Notes under the pieces: generated by a model
Told to the model about the DNA's origin: nothing
Databases searched by the model: none
What the model saw: the letters and a program-made list of their open reading frames with translations, nothing else
Translations under genes and position numbers: made by a program
NCBI RefSeq assembly: GCF_004010195.1
Contig: NC_057750.1
Location: 8,461,294 to 8,525,293, forward strand
Direction: 5' to 3'
DNA length: 64,000 nt
Origin: Chiloscyllium plagiosum
Lineage: Eukaryota
Shown: positions 10,722 to 23,174 of the stretch, piece after piece
Numbering within the stretch: the stretch's first letter is position 1
Layout of the letters: each line of letters starts with the position of its first letter

Positions 10722-13591
10722 AATTGTTTTGATAGTTGCTGTGAAGCTTTTTGAGGGCATTTTACTTTGTTAGTGAAGAAGCACTTAAGGAAACTTGAGA
10801 AGAGTGAGGGGGAGGTAGAGAATTGATGAAGTTAGTCACAGTGAGATAGCACTAACTGTGATGTTTAATAGTGAACTGTGAGACATTTGCAAGTTGAAGT
10901 GACACAAATGGGATCCCAAAAGCGAAAAGTTACCAAACAGGAAGATTGCTGTTACAAGTTAAAGCAAAACATGACAATGGAAGTACATCACATGGAGTTC
11001 TCTCCACTTTGTAGAGGCATCATCGTGTTCTTTATGCAAAATATCTCCTCAGCGGGGTTCACTCTGAATTGAGCATTGGGGGGGGGCTTCAGAATTTCCA
11101 AGAATGGTTCCTGGAATTTCTGACAAATGGTCTGTTACATGGATAGATTGGAGAATCTGAGACTGTCCTCCTTGGAGAAAGCAATGTTGGCAAAGAATTT
11201 GATTAAGCTACCCAAAACCATGAAAGGTCTGAACAAGGCAGATTGGGAGAAATGATTCCCATTAGTGAAGTACGTTGAATGGCAAATGAAACACTGGCAA
11301 TCTGAGGAGACATATTTTTCATGCAGTGAGTGGTTAAGGATCTGGAATGCACTGTCTGAGAATGTGGGGGTGGCCAGTTCAGCCATGGCTTTCGAAAGGG
11401 AATTGGATAATTAACAAAAGAAAAATGATTTCTGGTCAGTCAGTGGCCTAGCGGTAATGTCTATTGACAGGTTGGGGTTAGACTTAGGTTAATGTTCTAG
11501 GTGTATGGCTTTGAAGTCTACCATGGCAGATGGTGAAATATGAATTTAAAAATCTGTAATAAAAACTGGCTAAATGGTGACCATGTAACCATTTTTGATT
11601 GTTGTAAAAATGCATCTGTCCCACAAGGAATTGAATCAGCCATCCCTACCTGTGACTCTAGACCTAAAGTAATGTGACTGACAGTTGATTGTCCTGTGTT
11701 AATGTGGGCAATTAGGAGAGGGCAATAAATGCTGCCCTGACTAGCAATGCCCACATGCCATGAACAAATACAGAAAGCATGGATCTGGTGAAAAGGCACA
11801 GGACTGGGGAGTTGTTCTTGTAGAGGACTGGCATAGACATGATGGGCCAAGTGGTCATCTCCTATGCTGTAACTGCCCTGTGATTTCACTTGATTTAGTG
11901 GCTACTAAAATTTCTCTTTCAGTTATCACTCTATTCAAGTGGGGAAAGCTCTTTTAATCTGTCAGTAAGGAGATTTTTAAAATTTTGTGACCTTTGCTGT
12001 GATTTGGGCCTTCCCTGTTGTAACTCACTTTTGTTAATATCGTCCTTTTAAATAAATTCTCTCTCCTTCACCTTGTTCAGATTTTCTGTGTTCTTTCATT
12101 CCTTTATACTCTTCATCCTTGATTCTCCCTTGCCCTCTTGCTAACTGTCCTGCTCTCACTCTCCTTGTTTGCTTTCTGTCTCACCCATATCGCGTCTCAC
12201 TCGTTCTTTTTATTTCCATGCCCCCTTCCAATCACTGTTATTTTTCCTTCAAGTATCACCATGGCTTAATGAGCTGTCTTCTTGCATCTGAGTCAGAAGT
12301 TTGTAGATTGTCATGATAATGGTCTAACAATCAGTCACTCATCTGGGACTGATTAACTCTGTGGGTTAATTTATTTGAAACAGTAAAACACATAATTATG
12401 AAGTAGACATTACAGTAAACTGTTTTTTGCATGTGGTGCTTGTAAACCTACAGCAGACTAACAGACAGGCAGAGTCACAATACTGTATATGCAACATCCT
12501 CCTTTCCTTAAGAAAACTTTCCAGAGCCTATGTCTCTGTAATATGTTGATAATCTGCTGATACTTACAGATCTCATGATAGTGAAAAGTGCTGGAGAAAC
12601 TCACTTCCTGTTTTATTTCAGATTTCCACCATCTGCAATATTTTGATTCCATGATGGGACTTGGTCCAGAAATGCCATTGTCAGTGATATTGCCTGTTGC
12701 TCCTGTTTGTCTCGTCAAGTTTCTATACCATGGGCTGCAGGTCTGTCCTAGACTTTGCTCATCCTGATACAGCTCAGCCAAGTTTTATTCCAGATTAGCT
12801 GCTGCCTGATCTTGCTCCTCAAGCTGTTTTCAAACCTTTTTGGCATGTACTTTTCATTTCTTAACAGCTTATTTTGAAGCTTCTGGTTTTTCACCATGGG
12901 TTCTTCTAATTCTATCAAAGATGTAGCGTTTTGTTGCTCTGGTATATTTTCTCCTTCACATCCTGCTGCACTAACCATCTGGCCCTTCAATGTTTTTACT
13001 TTTTTATTTTATTTGATGCCTGGATCTCTCTCACTTGCTGCTCCAGTGATTATTTGGATTCTTCCATATCTTGCTGAGTTCTTTTGCTGGAGCACTGAAG
13101 CTAGCATTTAGTTTTGAAGAATACTGTCTGAATGAATGGCAGCTCCTTGATGTATGTGTTGTACATCTCCATCTATTTTTGCAGGTCTGTTGTGTTCTCC
13201 AGCATTGTTCTGAGTTCAGGCTAATGCTTCTGTAGCTTTTCCTGCTAAGCATGACCTCTTTGATGTGCGAGTTGCTCCAGATCTTCCTGCAATTGAGCAG
13301 TCTTTCAATTGGATTGATAATGCAGTATTTGTAATTTTTTGTGCTGCCTTACTTTTTCTTTCAGCTTTTCATTCTTTGTGAACTGAGCAGGAGTATCCCA
13401 TATACTTGATCCTATATCAATGTATTCTTAAAAAAATTCATTCACACATAGGATGTAGGCATTTCTGGCTGGGCCAGCATTTATTGCTCATCTCTAGTTA
13501 CCCTTGAGAAGATAGTGGTGAACTGCAGTGTTGAACTGCTGCGGTCTATTTGGTTCTGTGATTTGATTGGGAATCTCAGCTCATAATCAAT

Positions 13592-13626
13592 AGTCCTGAA
13601 GAAGGGTTACACCCGAAATGTTGACT
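13592..13626 (+). ncRNA. Minimal hammerhead ribozyme motif in a PLE terminal fragment (about 13590-13718)
   Basis: AGTC-CTGAAGA-A-GGGT-TAC-ACCC-GAAA-TG-TT-GACT; stem I is AGTC/GACT. Confidence 0.7.
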
Positions 13627-14684
13627 TCCCCACCTTCTGATGCTCGCTGGCTTGTTGTATTCTTCAGCCTCCTGGTTGTCTACCTTGGATTCCAGCATCT
13701 GCAGTTTTTTTGTCTCTGACATAATTAATAGTCACAGTTTTCTGAGCACAGATAATTTAAATACAATCACCAATTTTTGTAGCTGTTTTGTCCTGTTTAG
13801 TAGCTCCCCACCTGAAAAATCACAGAATGAACCCCTTTCTCTGAATCTGTTCACAAAATGGTCTATGTATTCTGTCTCTGTCTGAAGTTTGATCTGACTT
13901 TGAATTGCTGCTGTAATGTGATGCATATCTTTTGGAACTCTTTTATTTCTGATTGTTAATCCTGATGTCTTCAGTCTATATAGCCCTTTATTACAAATTG
14001 CTAAGCAAATTGCATGTTTTTTCTTCATCTGACATATCCAAATCTTGAAACCATAGCTGTGAACATTGCTTAAACATGTTCAGTTCTGTTAAGAGGTCTG
14101 TTGTGTCTCAATTTAAACTGGGTAACTTTGTGGATAGTCTGACAATATGCCTTTGACCTTCCCCGCTTGCTATCAATCTGGTGCACACCCTGAACATTTG
14201 CCATTCTTAAGTGAGTTAAATTGGCTTCTTTATAGGAATTTGGCTGCTTACCAGAAAGCTGTGTTTTCAATGGCACTGTAATGAGCAAAGATATAGAGGG
14301 TTGTCTCATGCATTTTAGCACAATATAAGACTGGCAAATATATTTTTCACTTGAAGATTAATTTGCTTCCAGACTGGGTAAGCACAATAGGCTTTATAAG
14401 CGCAATGTTAACATGCTCAGCATGTTAATGATAATAGGAGGAAGCGACGACTCCTCAGATGCTGCCTGACCCGCTGTGCTTTTCCAGCACCACACTTTTT
14501 TGACTCTGATATTAATGATATTAGTCTAATCATCAATTGCTGATCAGGGATTAACTCTGTGGGTTAGTTTATTTTAAACAGTAAAACACATTATAAGTTA
14601 GAAAGCAGACATTACAGCTAATCAGTGAATTTCTGTGTATAGCTTACAGACCTGTAGCAGACTAACTGATAGGTAGAGTCACAC

Positions 14685-14920
14685 CTCAGTCGACTGTGTG
14701 GAGTTTGCACATTCTCCCCGTGTCTATGTGGGTTTCCTCCGGGTGCTCCAGTTTCCTCCCACAGTCCAAAAATGTGCAGGAGAGGTGAATTGGCCATGCT
14801 AAATTGCCTGTAGTGTTAGGTGTAGGGGAATGGGTCTGGGTGGGTTGCGCTTCCGCAGGTCGGTTTGGACTTGTTGGGCTGAAGGACCTGTTTCCACACT
14901 GTAAGTAATCTAATCTAATC
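14685..14920 (+). mobile_element. HE1-type V-SINE, 5'-truncated
   Basis: V-domain plus (AATCT)n tail. Confidence 0.9.
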
Positions 14921-15049
14921 AAACAACACTGGAAACCCACAACAGGAATCCTTAAAAGCAAACTGTCTTAACGGCAAGGTGCACGTATAGCAGGCTCATG
15001 ACACTCTCCAGAGACATGAATTTATAATCACAGCTCACAATCCTTTTCA

Positions 15050-15290
15050 CAAACAAAAACAGAAATTACTGGAAAAGTTCAGCAGATCTGATAGCATCTG
15101 TGGAGAGAAATCAGAGTTAATGTTTCTGGTCGAGTGACCCATCCTCAGAACTTTCTGAGGAAGGGTCACTCGAACCGAAATGTTAACTCTAATTTCTCTT
15201 AACAGATGCTGCCAGGTCTGCTGAGCTTTTCCAGCAATTTCTATTTTTGTTTCTGATTTACAGCATCCACAGTTCTTTTGGTTTTTAATC
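15050..15290. mobile_element. Palindromic PLE-derived short element with two divergent hammerhead motifs at its centre
   Basis: About 100-bp inverted arms centred near 15152. Plus-strand core is CTGAGGA (15155-15161)...GAAA (15177-15180) TGTT. Confidence 0.7.
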
Positions 15291-16119
15291 ACAATCCTTT
15301 TGCTGGACAGACCGATTCAGACCCCTTCGGTGCACCACCCGAAGACACAATGGAGGTCGTCTTCTTTAATTCTGATACAGATTTGTTTCAGGAGTTTTTT
15401 CAGAGGAAAGAAGCTGCGAGTTTTCCAATGCTTTCATGTTAGAGATGTTTCATGGGTCCAAATAACAGGAAGAGTGTGGTTGACTGATAAACCTTATTGT
15501 GTCACGAGCTGGAACATTGATCAGGATGTATACCTGTTACACATTGTTGTAAATGTTGTCTCTATATGTTGGAATTAGGAATAGAAGTGTCACGCATGGT
15601 ATTGTCTAAGGAGATTCTAGATATAACCCTATTTTTGCATAGCTCCTGCACGTGAATCTGGTAACATTTTGCATCTGTTATCTGATTTAATACCATTTTC
15701 CACATACAGTTGTCTATTCTGGTCACAGCGATTTGGAGTGAGTGTTTCTGAAGCTACTTCGTACAGTTTACTTTTGGAATTCAATGCCAGAAGAAGCGAC
15801 CCCGGGCAGTCTTTACACATTCCACTCAGTATTATTTTTCTCTCTCTCCCCCTGCAGCTGTGTAAATATTATAATGGTTTATGTCCCTTCCTGGCAAGAA
15901 GCCAACTATCGACATTTCGAAAAAGAGAAAAGCCAAAGAGCTGCGGGTACTGGAAATCTGAATAAAAACAGAAACATTGCGCGTTCTGGTGCATAGTCTG
16001 TGGCCCCGAAGTGTTTGCTTTTCCCTCTGTCTCCACAGATCTGCCAGACCTGCTGAGTTTCTCCAGCATATTCTGTTTTTATTTCAAACTTGTTTCCTAA
16101 AACCCACCTGGCCAACACT

Positions 16120-16450
16120 CCATACGTTTCCGATGTTTTACTGCTTCCTTCAAACATTCACTCCACGCGTGAGGCCTCTGTCGTTCGGTGGAGGGGGGAA
16201 ATGCGCGTACTGATGGAAGATTCTGGAAGTGCTCAGCCGTTGGGCCAGCATCGACGGCAAGCGAGCGAGACTGACGAGTTCGCGCCTTTTTTGCCCCCTC
16301 TCCGAACTGGGAGCAAATGGGTTTAAGCAAGAGGGGAGTGCTGTGATGAAGAGGGGACTGGAAAACACGAGGAATTACATTGAAGAGGGGGTGATGGTGG
16401 GAGGTCAGGAAAAAAAACGAAGAGAAGGCGATGGCGTGAATGAATATAAG
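16120..16450. promoter_or_regulatory. Small CpG-rich unique segment (CpG-island-like)
   Basis: About 17 CpG counted by eye in 16120-16320, against a CpG-depleted background. Confidence 0.45.
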
Positions 16451-17039
16451 GGCTGAAGGAGGCCATTCAGCCCGTCGAGCCTGCTCGTCCATTGTCATAA
16501 TCTGGGATTGACTGTTTTGTGAGTGAACAGTCACAGGTTTTTATTGAACATAACTATAGGGTGGTCGTCGAGGGTGCTTTTACCTGGAGACTTATTACCC
16601 GGTCTTCAGTTCAATGGTGATCAACATGTTCAGCAGCTAGTCTCCGAAATAAAGTATAATTCCCTTTATCCACACTTGTCCTCCAAACGTTGGACTCTCT
16701 CATCAATTAACTCGGGTTTGAATATATTTGGCGATCCTGAAGCCTCTGAAAGGGAATTCCAAAGGCTAATATCCCTCTGAGTGAAGAAATTTCTCATCAT
16801 TTCTATTTTAAATGGGTTTACCGTAGTTCTTGATTGCATCCCCACGAAAGAAAACATCCTCTTAGTATCCATCCTGTTAAGCCCCTTCAAACTTGTATGC
16901 CTTTAATAAGATCATCTCTCATTCTTCAAAATTCCAATGACTACAAGCCCCAACCTGCCTGACCTCTCCTCGAAAGCAAAACTCCCTTCATCCCAGCAGT
17001 CAGTCGAATGAACTTTCTCTGAATAGCTTCCTTTGCAAA

Positions 17040-18465
17040 TGGAGAAGGTTGATGGCATAGAGACGGGCCCTTTGGCCCAAACTAGTCCATGCTGATCAAA
17101 ATGTCCGTCCATGCTAATCCCATTTTCCTGCACTTTGCACATATCCTTCTAATCTTTTCATATCCATGTATTTGTTCCAATTCCTTTTAAGTGTTGTTAA
17201 TGTACCTGCCTCAACCACTTCCGCTGGCAGCTCATTCCATATGCGTACCACCCTCAGGTTCCCTTTTATTCTTTCCCATCTAACCTTAAACCGGTGTCCT
17301 CGAGTCCTTGATACCCAACCTTGGGAAATAGACTGAGTGCACTCACCCTATCCATCCCTCTCAATATCTTATACACATCTAAATGTTCCCCCTCAGTCTC
17401 CTGCAATCTAAAGAAAAAAGTCCCAGCTTGCCCAACCTCTCCCTATAACTCAGACTATTGAGTCCAGTTAACATCCTTGTAAACGTCTTCTGCACTCTTT
17501 CCAGTTTAATAGCATCCTTCCTATAACAAGGTGACCCAAACTGAGCACAATACTCTCAGTGCAGCCTCACCAATGTGCTGTATAACTGCAACATAATTTC
17601 TAAACTTCGATACTCAGTGCCCTGACTGATGGAGGCCAGTGTGCTAAATGTTTTCTTCACTGCCCTGTCTATCTGTGACTCCATTTTCAGAGAAGTGTGA
17701 ACCTGAACTCCAAGATCCTTCTGTTCCACTACACTCCTTAAGGCCCTACCATTCACCGTGAAACTCCTACCTTGATTTGACTTTCCAAAATGCAAGACCT
17801 CACACTTATCTATATTAAACTCCATTTGCCATTTTTCAGCACACTTCCCCAGCTGATCAAGGTCCTGCTGCAATTTCTGATAATATTTCTCTTTGATGGC
17901 AGCACAGTGGCGCAGTGGTTAGCACTGCTGCCTCACAGTGCCAGGGACCCGGGTTAGATCCTAACCTCGGGCGAATGTCTGTCTGTGTGGAGTTTGCACA
18001 TTCTCCCAACGTCTGTATGGTTTTTCTCCAAGTGCCCCGTTTTTCTCCCACAATCCAAAGATGTGCTGGTTAGGTGAATTGGCCAAGCTAAATTGCCCAT
18101 AATATTCAGGGATGTGTAGGTTAGGTGCATTAGTCAGGGGCAAATATAGGGTAGGGGAATGGTTCTATGTGGGTTACCTCTTTGGAGCATTGGTGTGGAC
18201 TTGTTGGACAGAAGGGCCTGTTTCCACACTGTAGAGATTCTGAGTTCTTCTTCTAAGTCCATGATACTGCCTATTTTAATGTCGTCAGCAAACTTACTAA
18301 TCATGCCTTGTACATTCTCATTCAAATCATTGATAGAGATAACAAACAGTAAAGGACCCAGCACCGACTCCTGAGGCACTTCACTAGTCACAGGCCTCCA
18401 GTCTGACAAACATCCTTCCACTATTATGCTCTGCTTCCTCTCATAAAGCCAATTTTGTATCCATG
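17040..18465 (-). mobile_element. CR1 LINE 3' portion (RT C-half), interrupted by a SINE
   Basis: VPQESVLGPLLF, SKFADD and WQMEFNIDKCEVLHFG motifs. Confidence 0.9.
17897..18240 (+). mobile_element. HE1-type V-SINE, full length
   Basis: GGCAGCACAGTGGCGCAGTGGTTAGC head, V-domain and CR1-like tail. Confidence 0.9.
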
Positions 18466-19301
18466 GTGGTAAGTCACTGGGCTAGTAATCCAGAGGACCT
18501 TGGCTCATGTTCTGGGGTCATGGGTTCAAATACCACCATGGAAGATTGCAAAATTTGAATTCAGTGAATTAAAAGTTGGACCGATGGTGACCATTGTTGG
18601 TTGATGTAAAAACCCAACTTCAATTTGCCATACTTATGTGTGACTGCAGATCTATGGCAATGTGGTTGACTCTAAACTGCCCTCTGAAATGACTCAGTTT
18701 CAGGGAAAGTATGGGTGGGCATGTTTTTTTTGCCTTTGATGTTATGTTATAAATGTTTTGCTTGATATCCACTTCTCATGAAAGAATAAAAAAAGTATGT
18801 CCCTCCTTACGTAAGGAGTCCAAAATTGTAAACAGTATTTCAAATGTTCAGAAGCTGGAATTGTAAACAACTGGAGAACAAAGTTATGATCTGAAATTGT
18901 TGGACTTAGTATTGAGTCTGTGGGTCTTCAAAGCGTCTAACAGGAAGATGAAATTTCTGTTTCTTGAGCTGGAGTTGAACTTTATTGGAAGGAAGAGGAC
19001 AGACGTGGTGAGAAGCAGAAAATTAAAACTGCAGACGGCTAGAAGCATTAGGAATGAACTTGTTCTTTCCCCCTTAGAACCCTTTGACACTCCCCACCTC
19101 TGTTTTACTCTCCCAAAAAACCTACTCTTTACCTGGCTGCTGAGCCAGAGAGTGTCAATGGTTCTTCACTGGGACTAATGGAGTCCACTCCAATCCAGTC
19201 TGGTGCTCAAATACATTCCATGCAATAGCGAATGCAACTGGGTGCTAATGCCTTCCAGAATCCAGAGTTTAGTAACTGCCCAAGCTGAGTTGAGTTTCAT
19301 A

Positions 19302-19419
19302 TAGAGTCATAGAGATGTACAGCATGGAAACAGGCCCTTCGGTCCAACCCGTCCATGCTGACCAGATATCCCAACTCAATCTAGTCCCAACTGCCAGCAC
19401 CCGGCCCATATCCCTCCAA
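19302..19419 (-). mobile_element. CR1/HER1 3' tail fragment
   Basis: Reverse complement of the 3' end seen at about 10605-10721. Confidence 0.88.
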
Positions 19420-19741
19420 TTATCTGGGACTATTTGTTGGAGAGATACTGTTTCGAACTTCCAGCTGCTCCTGTCTTGGAAGTGTTTGATGGGGACAGTG
19501 TTTTGAGAGTTTTACTCTGTATCTAATCCTGTTCTGTATCGTGTGTGTGTGTTTTTTTGATGGGGTGTGTCAGTGTAGAGGGAGCGTTATGCTGAGAGAG
19601 TTTAATGGTTTCATTCAACATAAGTAGGGATTCTCCTTAACCAGAATGACTTTGGGCACAAGAATAAAAAAATGATGAAGCAGTCTAGAATGGTGAGGGA
19701 ATGAAAATCTAATGACAGAATGTCTTTGTCCTCTTTCCCAG

Positions 19742-19986
19742 TTTGCAAGCCCTTCGGAAGGAGAAGTCTCGCAATGCTGCTCGCTTTCGACGGGGGAAAG
19801 AAAACTTTGAGTTCTACGAATTGGCGAAGATGCTTCCACTCCCGGGAGCTATCACCAGCCAGCTGGACAAGGCCTCCATCATCCGGTTGACCATCAGCTA
19901 CCTCCGGATGAGGGACTTTGCCAATCTGGGGGATCCCCCATGGAACCTGAGGATTGAGGGGCCCCCACCTAACATCTCTGTAAAAG
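19742..19986 (+). CDS. npas1: bHLH-domain exon of NPAS1-like gene ([81 protein letters not shown])
   Basis: Classic SIM/NPAS/Trh-type bHLH. Acceptor tctttgtcctctttcccag|T, donor AAAG|gtatgt, 245 nt, phase 2 to phase 1. SRNAAR and LPGAI are NPAS1-type. Family confidence is very high; the paralogue call (NPAS1 vs NPAS3) leans on the upstream exon. Confidence 0.92.
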
Positions 19987-20529
19987 GTATGTTGAGCCAA
20001 CAATGGCAAGCTAGGGCAGAATGGGCCTATCCTCTCTGGTGATTGGATGGTGACGTTGGCGAAAGTTGTGAAATTCTGAGAGGCTTGGGCAGGGTATCTG
20101 TTGAAAGGCTGTCTCCTCAACTGGTTGGACAATCTAGAACTTTGAGTCATAGTCTCAGGATAAGGGATCAGCAATTTTGAATTGTGAGAATGAGATTCTT
20201 TGTGAAGAAGGTGTGAGTCTTTGGAATTGTCTGCTCCAGAGAGATTGGCCTTGGTGTGACTAAGATGGGCACATGTTAATTTAATTCGCACTGTGATTTT
20301 ATTAAACGGCCAAGCAGGCGTGAAGAGACACACAGCCATGTTGACTGATTCTTAAATTTCCTCTGAAATAGCCGAACAAGTCCCTCAGTTCAAGGGCAAT
20401 GAGGGATCTTCAATGAATGCTGGTCTTGCCATCAAAGTTCACATCCCATGAAAGAATAGACAAAAATATTTGAGTGAGAAGAAAGAAGCAAGGATGATGA
20501 TGGCTCTTTCCATCCTGTGAGAGATGCCT

Positions 20530-20674
20530 CATCTAGATGGGTATATGAATAGGAAGGGTATGGAGGGATATGGGCTGGATGCTGGCAGGTGGGACTAGAT
20601 TGGTTGGGATAGTTGGTCAGCATGGCCAAGTTGGACTGAAGGGTCTGTTTCTGTGCTGTACATCTCTATGACTC
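20530..20674 (+). mobile_element. CR1/HER1 3' tail fragment
   Basis: Ends GTACATCTCTATGACTC. Confidence 0.88.
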
Positions 20675-21020
20675 CATCTGCAGTGGATCACCCTGGTCAA
20701 TTGTGCATCCCAAATTTTAATTGCTGCACCCTTTGATAGCCTTGCTCTCAGCTGCCTGAAGCCCAAACTCTGAAATACTCTCCTGAAACCTAGACTACTT
20801 ATTTGACCAGACATTTGGTCATCTTCTGTGACTCAGTGTTGAAGTTCGATTAATAATACTGTTGTGAAGAGCCTGGTGGCACTTTTTACTGTGCTTACCA
20901 CCATTCTTATAGAGAGGGACAGATACAATGACGTGAGCACATGCAGTGAAGTGCACAGACAATGACATGTAGTCGCAATGATGCACACATGCAGTTGACC
21001 AGGGTGATCCATTGCAAATG

Positions 21021-21159
21021 GAGTCATTGAGATGTACAGCACGGAAACAGACCCTTCACTCCAACTTGGCCATGTTGACCAGCTATCCCAACCCAATCTA
21101 GTCCCATCTGCCAGCACCCAGCTCATATCCCTCCAAACCCTTCTTATTCATATACCCAT
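21021..21159 (-). mobile_element. CR1/HER1 3' tail fragment within a CA-rich low-complexity tract (about 20915-21385)
   Basis: Reverse complement of 20530-20674. Confidence 0.85.
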
Positions 21160-22932
21160 GATACCGACACAATGTTATGTACAGATGCAGTGACACACAG
21201 ATACATCATGCAGTCGCAATGACCTGTGCACAGCCAATGACATGCAGACACACCGATGCATATATGCAGTGACACGCACAGATACCATAACGTGCACACA
21301 ATGTCTGTATAAACACCATGATGTGCACAGTCACAATGACAAGCACAAATCCACAAAATACACAATCCCACACACATGCACAAGGTTTCTGGAGGATGAA
21401 TTGAGTTTAAAATTAATGACCAAAATCAGCTAAACCACAGTTGCTTGCATTTATACATCATTCTTTAAAGCAGTAAAAGTCCTGAAGATCCTTCACAGCA
21501 ATGTGATCAAAGGTTGACACTGAGCCATATTTGAAGACGTTTGGAAAGGTAGCCAAAAGCTTTGTCAAAGGGATCAGGTTCCAGATGAATCTTGAAGGAA
21601 GCAAGAGAGGTGGAGATATTAAAGAAGGGAATTGCAGAGCTCGGGAGCCTTGGCCATTTGAGGATAATATCACCAGTGGTTGAATGATTAAGGGATGTGC
21701 TTGATACCTGAACTGGAAGATCGAAGAGCTGTTTACAAAGGTTGTAGGTCTGGAGGAACTCGCAGAGGTCGGGAGCAGGTGAGGTCATGGTGAGGTTTGA
21801 AAAGGAGGAGGAGAATTTTAAAACCAAGATGTTTCAGGGCAGGGGATTATTGCAATTCAGGGAGCACAGGGGTGGTGGATAAATGGGATCCTAGTGTGAG
21901 TTATGTTCGGGATATGGCAAACACAAAAGTGTTGTACAGCTGTTGATACCACACCAAGGGAAAGTGTGAAAAATCACTTCATTATCAAGGTGGGTAACTC
22001 TTAATACTTTGTCAAATATCCCTTTTTGTTCCCCTCTTCAATATGACTAATATACAAAAAAGATGGAAAAGTAACCCAGTATTTTTCTGTAACACTTATA
22101 GAATTTTTTTACTTGGTTTGTCCATTAATTTTTATGGGCCAATTTTGGAAAGTCAACCCCAGGCTCATCGAGCCTGCTGTACCTTTGAATACAATCATTG
22201 CTGATGTTAGGCTTCAACTGTACTTTTTTGCCATCTCTCCATTCTGAGACACCAAAAGACTGTTCCAGACCTAAATATACTCAACAATAGACCATCCACA
22301 ACCCTCTTGGATAGAGAATTCCAAACATTCACAACTCAAACAATGATCAAGAAGTTTTCCACCATCCAGGACAAAGCAGCTGGCTTAACTGACCACCAAC
22401 TTCAATACCACCTCCTCCGTCACTGATGCACAGTGGCAGCAGTGTGTACCATCTACAGGATGAACTGCAGTAATTCACCAAGGCTCCTTTGGCAGCACCT
22501 TCCAGACCTGTGATCACTAACACCTATAAAAACAATGGCAGCACATACATGAGACCATCTCCCCTACAAGTTCTCTCCAAGTTGCACACTGTCTTGACTT
22601 AGAACTACTGCTCAGAATTCCGTTACAAATTCTCTTGAACTATGGGGGTCTTTTTGCTCCCAAAAGAAGCAAATTTGAATTCAAAATCCTTATTTTGCTA
22701 GTTAGGCAGTGGCTGACTGATATGTTACTGGTCTAATAATCAAGAGCCCCAGGCTAATGTTCTTGGGACATGGTTTGCATCCCTCTGTGGTAGATGGTGA
22801 CATTTAAATTCAGTAAAAATCTGGCAACCAACTAATACCCTTTAGGGAAAGGAATTCTGCTATCCTTACCCAGCCTGGTCTACATGTGACTGCAGACCTA
22901 CATCAATGAGATTGACTCTTAACTTCCCTCTA

Positions 22933-23152
22933 GGAGAAAGTGAGGACTGCAGACGCTGGAGAGTCAGAGTTGATAAAGCGTGTTGCTGGAAGAGCACCAA
23001 CAGGTCAGGCAGCATTCGAGGACCAAGTGAGTTGAGGTTTAAGGCATGACCTTTCTGTCCTGAAGAAGGGTAATGCCCGAAATGTCGATTCTCTTGCTCC
23101 TCAGATGCTGCCTGACCTGTTGTGCTTTTTTCAGCACCACATTTTATCAACT
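22933..23152. mobile_element. Palindromic PLE-derived short element with hammerhead motif at 23057-23089
   Basis: Inverted arms (AGAGTTGATAAA...TTTATCAACTCT). Core is GTC-CTGAAGA-A-GGGTAATGCCC-GAAA-TG-TC-GAT. It sits inside an older SINE. Confidence 0.7.
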
Positions 23153-23174
23153 CTTAACCTCCCTCTGAAATGGT

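Larger units (their letters stand above)
12309..14990 (-). mobile_element. Internally deleted Gypsy-type LTR retrotransposon remnant (3' LTR 12309-12496; 5' LTR from about 14423, interrupted)
   Basis: Diverged direct repeats 12313-12480 and 14513-14683. TG...CA ends on the left repeat. Minus-strand polypurine tract AAGGAAAGGAGGA (12497-12509) abuts TGTTGCA. Gag-like motif QTETEYIDHFVNRFRERGSFCDF. The right boundary is uncertain. Confidence 0.68.
1505..19741 (+). other. Intron (phase 2, GT...AG, about 18.2 kb) of the NPAS1-like gene
   Basis: GT at 1505, AG at 19740-19741, and the reading frame is continuous across the junction. Confidence 0.8.

Noticed and set aside
16213..16326. MEDSGSAQ... 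as an alternative first coding exon
   Set aside because: No convincing phase-2 donor to join 19742, and no similarity that I recognise.
19611..20339. 242-aa antisense ORF over the bHLH exon
   Set aside because: Shadow frame with no recognisable domain; it extends into repeat-derived sequence.
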